Source: Mantamonas sphyraenae STR306
Lineage: Eukaryota; Protista; CRuMs
NCBI GenBank assembly: GCA_026936335.1
Contig: JAPMXV010000046.1
Span: 310,001-374,000 of the forward strand
Direction of reading: 5' to 3'
Length of the DNA stretch: 64,000 nt
The notes under the pieces are model-generated. The model ran no database searches. It saw only the letters and a list, made by a program, of their open reading frames with translations, and was not told the DNA's origin. Within the stretch, counting starts at the first letter, position 1; each line of letters starts with the position of its first letter. Shown here piece by piece: positions 54,789 to 64,000 of the stretch. The translations under genes and the position numbers were made by a program.

Positions 54789-57130
54789 TCATTGCATTCC
54801 TTGGGTCAACATTGCCTTTGCCCTGGCAATGGCCGCTTGCTGTTGCTCACGTCTCTGTTGCGCCTCTCGCTGCCGCACAGCCTTTCCCAGATCTGCCCTT
54901 GTCACAGTGGGCGACGACACAACCGTGAGATGAGAGGGTGGGTCATTGTTGATCTCCCCGTCATCCTCCTTGCCTTTCGTACCCTTCTTCTGCTTCTTCT
55001 TCTTGCTCCCCTTTTGCTGCTTGGCCAGTTTGACTGCGTTCTGCTTTGCCACCCACTCTTCCATCCGTTTGCGCTTCTCCTCAGCCTCCTTCTCCTTGCG
55101 CTGTGCCATGGCCGCCAGGGCCTTGCTACGACGCGCGGCAATACCTCGCGACGCCTCGTGCGGTGCCAACGAACAGCCACTCTCCCCACTGTTGCTTCCC
55201 ACGCTGCTCATGCTGTTGCTTCGCTGGATCATGGCTCCTCGCCGCTGCGGAGAAGCATCAGTACCTGAAGGAGCACCACCGCCACCAGCGCCACCGCCAC
55301 CCACCTTGCTCACAGGCTGCAACAACCTCTTTTTGGTCGGTTTCAGCATCTGCATCATGCTCATTTGCTGCTGTTGGCTCTTGACACGCGATCGACGAGC
55401 CTCTTCCTCCTCCTGTTGCTGCGCAGCCTTGGATGCCTTTTTCCCGTTGCGTCGCGCACGCAATGCCCGCTGGATGAGTTCCAACATGGGGTCCACCTCC
55501 GGGGCAACATAGTCCCCGTGTGCATTTGCCCCCAGCATGGCTTCCACCTTTTCCATGACGAACAGTTCGCGTTCGTGCGTCTGCTTGATGCGATCCAGGT
55601 ACTCATTGTCGACCACAGCCAGGGTGTTGCGACCCACCTTTCGTGCATCCAACTTGGTTGCAAGCTGTCGTGCATCGGTACCGTGCAGGGCCATGATGTG
55701 GATGAGTGCCACGTCTGCAGTGAATCGATCCTCGGCCGTGTTTTCCTGCTCCCCCAGATCCGACACTCGTCCGCGCGCTGCACGCATCTCTTCGCGCGAC
55801 ACCCGAGTGGGATCGATGTCGTCCAACTGTGCCTGCTTCCCCTGCGAGACAAGCACCTGGTGTGCGTGTTCGCATCCACTCAGGTACTTGCCCAGCTTGC
55901 CTGTGGCGCAACCCAGCAGTGAAAACACCTCGTCTGCACTCTTGCTGCCCACCGCCTCTGCCAACTTGTCACAAACTCGGCCATACTTCACCAGAGCCCG
56001 TTTCAACACTGCCTTTTCCAACGCACTCCAATCCGACTTGTTCTGCGTGGCATCGACGGATTCCGTGAGTGTTTGCCCTGTCTCTCCCTCTCTCCCTCTC
56101 TCCCTCTCTCTCTCTCTTCTCCTTTGCCACTCACCATCCGTTTGCGTTCCCGTTCTTCCTGTGCCTTGCGTCTCTTGTCCTGCATGGCCGCTTGCCGCTC
56201 GAGTTTGCGCTTCTGCTTCTCCTCCGCCTGCCGTTGCTGCTCCTCGGTGCGTGCGATGGCCATGGCCGAGTGTTTGCAGCGACGACACGTGAGGATACAA
56301 TCGCAGTAGTATTCCAGCAGGCCAATCTCCTCCTTTTTGTGTGTGGCATGACACGTCTCGGCGCACGTCTGGCAACAGTCTGTGCCACACGACGCACAAT
56401 GCCACGTGTTCTGGATCACAAACACCTCTCCCGTGCGTTTCAACGTACACAGGCCCTCACGCACAGCCTCTGCCGCACCCTCATCCACAGCCACAAACAA
56501 CGCACGACCCTCCTCATCCACACCCAGGGGCTCCCCTTCCACCAAACACCGTCGCTTCGGCGCACGTCCCTTCTGCGCACGCATCTTCCGCTTCTTGGCT
56601 GTCCCTTCCGCGTACGAGTCGTACGTGGTGGCAATCACGCTCTGGTACCGGTTCTGGAATTGGGCAATGCTCTCCGTCGTCAACACGTCGCCCATCATCA
56701 ACAGCTCCGCTGCTGACGAGCCCATGTCTGCAAACAGCTGCTCTGGCACCACATCTCCACTCTCCTCATCGACCATTGCCTGTGTCCCTTCACTGCCCTT
56801 CTCCTTGCTTCCACTCTCCACCCGTTCCGTCTCCATCGACGCAGACGTCACAGACGACAAATCGCTGGTACCCTCTTGCGTGGTGGACTCCCTTTCCCCT
56901 GTTCCTTGCGACTCTTCCACGTCCATGGCATTGCTTGCAACGCCACTGGGTGGACCTCTCTCAGTGTCCTCCTCCCGTCTGGCCACCGGTGCCGACTCGT
57001 CCCTTTGCTGCTGAGGGACGCTTGACTCAGGTGAGTTGGTCGATCTCGTCGTCGCGGTCGCCGTCACGGTTGACCCGCCGTCACCGCTTTCCACGGCATC
57101 CTCCTCGTCGAATTGCCACACAATGGTCAT
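54789..57130 (-). CDS. UBR-box-like zinc finger + SANT/Myb domain protein
   Basis: Exons 57130-56135 and 56042-54789; QNTWHCASCGTDCCQTCAETCHATH...YCDC; WSALEKAVLKRALVKYG...LAEAVGSKSADEV. Confidence 0.7.
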
Positions 57131-57181
57131 CGGGGGTGCGAGGAGAACAAGGTGTGCAATGGAACAGGTTTGGTTGGGGGT

Positions 57182-58119
57182 TCATTCGCGATTTTTGTAC
57201 GTGCGTGGGCCAAAGATACTGCTGCCGACACGGACGTTTGTGGAACCGTAGGCAATGCTGTCGAGGTAATCCTTGCTCATGCCCATGCTCAACTCCAACG
57301 AAGCCTCGTCGAGGTCGAGTTCCTTGCACACAGAGGCCCTGCAGTCGTTGAGGGCGGCGAAATCCTTGCCCTCTGTGTCGTTGGGGTTGCCAATGGTCAT
57401 GAGCCCGGCCACACGCAACAGTGGGCATTCGTCACGCACAAATCGAGCCAAGTCTGCCACCTCGTTGGGTTCCACGCCACTCTTGCTGTCCTCTCCACTG
57501 GTGTTCACCTGCAGAAACACACGCAGCGGTTCCTTGCGCTCCACCTTTTCACACGCATTCTGAAGCTTACGCGCAAGCTTCTCCTTGTGCACCGTCTCCA
57601 CCACAAACAGGTTTTCAATGCTCGCCACGTCTGAGGCTTTGTTCGTTTGCAGCGGGCCGATAAAGTGCCACTGGATGTCCTTTGGCAACTGCGTGTGTGT
57701 GTGCGTGTGTGTGTGTGTCATGTGTGTGTGCATGACGTACATACCCGCGAGTTGCAACCGTGGGCGGCACGCAATGCGAGGTGTGAGTTGCGGTGGAAAG
57801 GGCGAAGACGGAGAGCGACGACGACGACGACGCGGGGGGATTCCGGCACACCGCTCACCTCCTCCGCCTTGGCGACCAGCTCCTGCACGTAGTTTTCGCC
57901 GAAATGTCTGTGTCCGCTCTCATAACATGCTTCGATGAGGTTGCTGGGCATTGTCTTGGAAACGGCCACGAGCCTCGGGGCGGTCTTGTCGTTCTTGGTG
58001 CAGTACTCGTCAATGCTCGCCTGAACGTCCTTCAGATTGGCCTGCACCTCTTCACCGCTGATCCCATTGCCTGAACTTGCTGCTGTTGTCGTTGCACTGC
58101 TTCCCGATACCTGTGACAT
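57182..58119 (-). CDS. PLPBP: Pyridoxal phosphate homeostasis protein (YggS/PROSC)
   Basis: Exons 58119-57859 (or from ATG 58158) and 57688-57182; [60 protein letters not shown]. Confidence 0.95.
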
Positions 58120-58318
58120 GAGTGTCTGTGTGCGTGTGACGATGGCTGCTCGTCGCATTCGGAGTGGCACCGGTGGCGCCAACTCTCACGTTGTTTGTTG
58201 TGTGTCACTGCCAACCCTACCCTCTTCAACCCACACCCACACACACACACACACACACACAACCACCCACCCGTGAGATCACCCCCGCCCGATACACAAC
58301 AAGTCAACAAGAAGAAGG

Positions 58319-59877
58319 ATGGTGACAACTCGCCGAGGCAGCCGCCGGCAAAGCGCAGTGGCCCCCATGCTGGGGTCGACGTCGACTCAACCCGCACGTC
58401 GCCGTGGACCGGCCAACAAGAACAAGGCGACGAACGAAGAGGCAGAGAAACAGCAGGGAAAGGCAACGACGTCGAGTGAGCAGGCCACGAAAAACACGAA
58501 AACGTCAAAGTCCCAATCGCAGAAATCCGGCAGCCGCGGGAACGGACGCAAACGCAGCAGGGAGACACGAGACGAGGATTCGAAGGATGAGGAGGTGGAA
58601 AACAGCCAGACGTCGGAGAAGGATCTGTTGGATGAGTTGTCAGACCTGTCGTCGGACGAGGAGGAGGAGGAAGAGGGCTCGGGAGAGGCTGGGCAAAATG
58701 GTAGGGCGGAGGGCAGCAAACGTCAGCGTACAAACAACCCTGGGAAGGACGGACCGATTGTCATCAAGACGAAACGCAAGCCCAAACAGGGAGGCCACCG
58801 CGGGGCAAAGGAGAAGCTGGTGGGCGTGAACCTGGACAGGCTCACCACGTTGCACACGCCCAAGAGCAAGAAATCGGAGGCGGGAAAAAAGCGGGCAAGC
58901 TCCGCCAAAAAGGGAACGACGGCGCGTGTGAAGATGGCATCCACGACGCCACGTGGAGAGGATCCCAAGACGGGCTTCCGCAAACGGGTGCCGTGGTCGG
59001 ACGCGGAAACGAGGGCGCTGCAGAAGGGTCTGGAAGAGTTTGACGGGGAAGGACGGATGTGGATGAAGATCAAGAACCGGTACGCGGACATCCTGCGGAA
59101 TCGCACCAACGTGGATCTGAAGGACCGTGCACGGGTACTCAACGGACGTACCAAGGTTCGTGAGCTTCCCAAGAAGATCTTTTTTGTGTGGGATGGCGAT
59201 GACCCGGAGGCAGGGATGCACCAGTTCCTGAACCGACGACCCCGTGATGCGGCACTCAAGGGGGCCACGCGAGGCATGTCACACATCCGTGTGGTGGACA
59301 CCACCGATGTGAACCGATTGCAGGCCGTGTTTGCCTCGGATGGACGTGTGCACGTGTACCAGGGATGGCGTGAGTTGCAGGAACGCAAGGAGGGCGACGA
59401 ACGCTTCAACGACGACACGGTGGACACCCAACGCTTCTCTCTGGACGCCCTCAAGCATCTGTACGTGGGCAAGGTTCGCAAGGTGGAGATGGCAGTGCCT
59501 ACGTTGGATGATCTTGCCATGCTGGGACCCCTGAACGTCCGTGGCCACTTTTCACACGCCCCACGCACGGTGACACGACAGCTGGTCAACGAGGGACAGG
59601 AACCCAACCAACGATGGGGTGCGTATCCTCCCTCGCCCCCGCGTGGGTCGCCACGACGCAGTCCTGCAAAGACCAAGAAGCAGTTGGCCATGGAGGAGGA
59701 GGAAGAGGAAGAGAGGAGGAAGAGGAGGAGGAAGACCAGGGCAAGGCTTCACGTCGTGGCAACCCACACAAGAAGCGCAGCAGCAGCAGCAGGACAAAGA
59801 CAAGCAGGAACACCAACCGCCGCCTGAAGTTGTTTGCGGATGACGACGACGAAGAGGAAGAGGAAGACGAGGAAGAG

Positions 59878-59880
<3 letters not shown>
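58319..59880 (+). CDS. Telobox (TRF-type) Myb domain fused to an MC1-like DNA-bending domain; apparent frameshift ~59713
   Basis: RKRVPWSDAETRALQKGLEEF...WMKIK...LRNRTNVDLKDRAR then FFVWDG...FLNRRPRDAALKGATRG..HIRV...RVHVYQGW...KVRKVE. Confidence 0.8.
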
Positions 59881-59911
<31 letters not shown>

Positions 59912-59983
59912 AGCACCGCATTAGATGAGGGGTGGGAGCCAACCATAAAACAAAAGTCAGACAAAGGGCGAGACGCACGTGCC

Positions 59984-62900
59984 ATGGACGAATTGGTGGA
60001 GGTGGCAGTGGACGAGATTGCACTGCAGGGACTGGCGGGGTGCACGATAGCCACGCTGTGGGAATTGCTGTTTGAACGACTTCGCAACGTGCAGTTTGCG
60101 ACGTGGGCCGATGACGAACACGCCAAGCTGGCGCTGCTTCAGTCGCTCGTGGGCCTGCAGAGCCACCGGGAGCTGTTTGTCGTGCGTGTCACCTCGGGCA
60201 CACATGAGTCCGATGTCACTCCCACGCTGTACAGAGAGCGCACAGCGTCTGCGGAGCGGTACGCAAGGGGCGGCGGGTGAGGTTGAGGTTGAGGTTGCGT
60301 GATCAAACCTCGCGCGCAAAAAAAAGAAAGAAGTTGGTTTTCGCTGACACCTTGTGCGAGGGGGACCCTGCCACACGCCTCGTGTTGGACACATGGCACA
60401 CGCATTACACAGGACTGGAGTGGAGGATGTGCTTGTGATGGGCCAGCCATTGCGTGAGGACGCTGTGCTGGAGCTGGTGGACGAGGAGGTGTGCGAGGCG
60501 GTGGCTTCGGCTTCCTCACTGACGGACGCCCTGGAGGCACTGGGCGACGAGGCTCGGTTTGTGGCGTGTCAGGAACGTCGCAACCGACTGTTGGGCATCC
60601 AGGACATCGACATGACATCCATCAAGTTTGCATACTGGCTCCTGGAGGCCATTGGCAAGACACACGAACGCGGGTTGCTGCAAACCGAGGCACCCCAGGT
60701 GTACCAGGCCATCCCTCGCTCCTACAAACAGGTTCACCCCAACTTTATGCAACTTCAACGTGCACGCGTGAGCCTGTATGTGTGTGTGTGTGTGTGTGTG
60801 AAGAACGGGAGAGAGGTGCAGGGGAGGAGGGGGTCGCTGACACGCCGAAATCACCTGTCACCCACGCACTCACTCACACCATACACCGCCACACACCAAA
60901 GGGTGCGCCTCACATTTCAAACCAAGGGCACGAGCACAGTGTGGATGCTGCCTCGTGCGTACCGTCTGCACGTGTTGGATGCCCACGTGGTGGAACACCG
61001 GTGTGGGAACACCGAGGTGAGTGCAGGGGAGCCGCTGTGTGGACCTGGTCCACGGGGCCTCTTGTTCCACCATGGCGTGCTGCTTCGACGGGCCATGGAA
61101 TTGCTGCAGGCGGCGGTGCCGCATGTGGTACGTACCACCTCGCTTGTACAGTGTCTGCTGAGTCTGAACAGGGTGCACATGGCTCAGCACGGAGAGCAAA
61201 AGGTCCGCGTGCGATTCGTGCGCGAAGAACTGCACCGCTTGCACGAGCAATTTCCTCATCTGTTCTTTGTCGGCGAGTTGCCACTGGCCACACGCAACAC
61301 ACAGGGCGGCTCTTTGTCGTCTTCGTCTTCCTCCGCCGAGTCGAGGAGAGGCGGAGGAGGGAAGGGCAGAAAAGGGAAAGGCAAAAGCAAAGGGAAAGGC
61401 AAAGGCAAAGGGAAGGGGAAAGGCAGCAAGGGCAAAGCAAAGGGAAAGGGAAAGGGAAAGGGCAAGGGCAAGGCAGCGAAGAAAACGGATGACGATGATG
61501 ATTACGAGGATGACTCTGATGATGAGGACGACTCTGAAGATGAAGAGGATGAGGAGGACGATGAGGAGGACGATGAGGACGAGGAGGAGGACGATGACGA
61601 GACGACGGAGCCGTACCAGATGAAAGCTGCACCGGTGGCGTTTGCATACACACGCAATTACACAGTGGATGCACACGATGCAGCGTTGGACAACGCAGAA
61701 GGGCGCATGCAACGTCGCCAACGATTGTTCTATGCGCAGGAGCATGTGCGTGCGTGTGAACTGCCTCCAGAGAGGCTGCTGATCCCCACGCGGTCGATGG
61801 AACAGCTGGCAACAGCGATTGTGGATGCACACAGCACGGAACCGGCTGGGGTGTCGCTTGCCATGTTCCCGCGCATTATGGGCGACGTGGCACAGGCGAG
61901 CAAGAAGCAGGCGGCGCTGGCCAAACATCAGATTACCCTGTTTGGAGCGCAGCACAAACACATGCGCAGGGAGGGATCGACGGTGGCCGAAACGTTTCTG
62001 AGTCCGGCAGCGAATGCTCCCGTGCGTTTGGATGACAATGCGGATCCTGCGTTGTTGAAGCGAATGATGGAGGTGGTGCCGTACACCGATCAGCCCGAGC
62101 TGGGATTGGGCGAGATCAAGGATGCAGAGGTGCGTGCGTTTGTGCGCAGGCACATTGGGATGGACATCAAGCAGCGGTGTTTGCGATGGGTGGTGCATCG
62201 GTTGCAACAAACGCCGCATGGCGCCCTCAGCAGCGAGCACGCACGGTACCTGTTGCAACAGTCGGGAGTGCACGCACGTCGATTGGAACTCAAGACGTGG
62301 AAGGTGTATGAGGAGGAGCTGGTGAGCAAGTATGGCGTGCGACGGGTGACGGGGGTGTTGGGGCACGGCACGGTGCTTGTGTATCCGGCCGATGGCACGG
62401 CGTGGGAAGACCACACGGATGAACTGGTCAACGAGGGACACCGTTGGGTGATGGAGTATCAGGAGGAGGCCAAGAAGGATGTGAGCGAAGCGACAGTGGA
62501 CGAGGCAACACAGGCGAGTTTGCGTGCAGCCGGGCTGGCCGATCACATGCTGGATCCGGAGTATGTCGCAGGGTACAAGGACAAGACGAAGCTGTACGAA
62601 GCACACCAGGCGGGTCTGTTGGAGGGTGCGGTGGAACAGGCGGGTGGCAGAGTGGAGCTGCGTGGGTTGAAGCGTGCGCGGCGGCAGCGTGTGATGATTC
62701 CTCACTGCAGCGAATGCGGCGACGCTCGCTTGGACGACCCTGGCGAACGTGGATGGAACGATCTCAACGAGGAATCATGGGACAAATGGTATCCCATCGG
62801 GTTGGCCATGGCCGACGCCGAGGAGCTGGTCGAGCGAAGGAAACGTCGCAGGGTGGCACGTCTTGACCACAAACGCTCACTGGGACTGTCCTCGGGCGCC

Positions 62901-64000
62901 GCCGGTGGGGCTGTGAATGCAAGAGGAGCCAAGGACAAACGCAGAGGCAGCGGCGGTGGCGGTAGCAGCAGCAGCAGCAGCAGTGGTGGTGGTGGTGGTG
63001 GTGCTCGACGACGTGTGCGTGGACGGCAGGAAGTGGGGATGTTGATGGGCATGGACACAGAGTTTGTGCCAAACAGGATGAGCAAAGAGGTGGAGGAGGC
63101 CACTGCAGACATTGTGGTGGCTGGGACGCTGGGAGGTGTGTTGCAGGCGAGCGAACTGCAGGATCCGCCCATGCTGGGGTTCGATCACGATGATCTGACC
63201 TCGCTGCAGGATCCAATGGCTCTGGATGGGAGCCAGGACGTGCAGGAGCAACTGGCGCAGGGTTCCTCCAAGGCACCCAGGCAGAGGAGGAAGAAAAAGG
63301 CGACGACGACGACGACAACGAGCACAACCCCGGCCACGGGAAAGGTTGGTGGCAGTACGGGGGCCCCGTTGGTACCCAGTCGGACCAGCACCTCATCAAT
63401 GGGCAGCAGCACAGTGTCTGTCAATGCACGCATGGGACAGGAGAGGAATCACCTGTCGATCAAAAAGGGCCTCAAGGTGTTGCGCCAGATGGCAGCGTTC
63501 CTGGAGAGGCAGGAGGGCCAGGAGGAGACCGGCGACGATGAGGAGAATGACAATGACAATGATGATGATGATGATGAGCAGGAAGAAGATGATGGGAACA
63601 ATGACAGCATGGAAGAGGAGAGTAGCAAGACGACGACCACGACGACGACCACAACCAATGCCACCACCGAAGGCGGAGTCGAGGATGTGGATGAGGAGAA
63701 CTGCAGGGATACTTGCGCGAGGTGCAACGACAGCTGATGCGACACTCGGAGCTGGGTGTGCGATCCATGAGTGGTTTGACACCGTTGCAACACCTGCGTT
63801 TGGTGTTGACGCTGCACCGCACGCCGTCGACGGTGCCTGTGGAACATGTGATGATGAAGCTGGGTCTGTTGGACGACCCCAGCTCCATGGATGGCCGCTT
63901 CCCCGTCATGGATGTGGCCAACGTGCACTGGAATCCCGGGTTGGCGTACGCCAGAGTACGCAACGCCATCTTGCGACATGTGTGTGCACGCGTCTTTGCT
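59984..64000 (+). CDS. GTF3C1: TFIIIC B-box-binding subunit (GTF3C1/Tfc3-like); truncated by window end; apparent frameshift ~63698
   Basis: MDELVEVAVDEIALQGLAGCTIATLW; RFVACQERRNRLLG...YWLLEAIGKTHERGLLQ; introns 60259-60412 and probably 60776-60901. Confidence 0.7.

Noticed and set aside
56043-56134. Frame change in the UBR-SANT gene as a frameshift
   Set aside because: Explained by a canonical GTGAGT...GCAG intron.

Overview
Gene-dense, GC-rich nuclear DNA of a eukaryote, most likely a flagellated protist (IFT139/TTC21B and ARL6/BBS3 present; short GT-AG introns, often with (CA)n repeats; intergenic gaps often only 1-150 bp). I can support about 29 protein genes, many reconstructed across introns by hand, plus an initiator tRNA-Met and a probable box C/D snoRNA. 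No prokaryotic operons, CRISPR arrays or transposases were seen. Most notable: (1) a telobox (TRF-type) Myb domain fused to an archaeal/giant-virus MC1-like DNA-bending domain; (2) a hypervariable LRR-ankyrin-C-terminal F-box-like gene bracketed by ~230 bp direct repeats beside the tRNA-iMet, with a distant family member elsewhere in the window; (3) a snoRNA candidate with paired non-canonical boxes (AUGACGA/CCGA) and a guide matching LSU rRNA; (4) a large CorA-like protein of a family I recall from archaea; (5) several pseudo-enzymes (two cyclase-like domains, a kinase and an alpha/beta-hydrolase lacking catalytic residues); (6) an inverted PP2C paralog pair with a 515 bp near-identical tract. 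Eight single-base frameshifts interrupt otherwise intact genes, most likely long-read consensus errors. All family assignments come from motif recognition by eye, not database searches.
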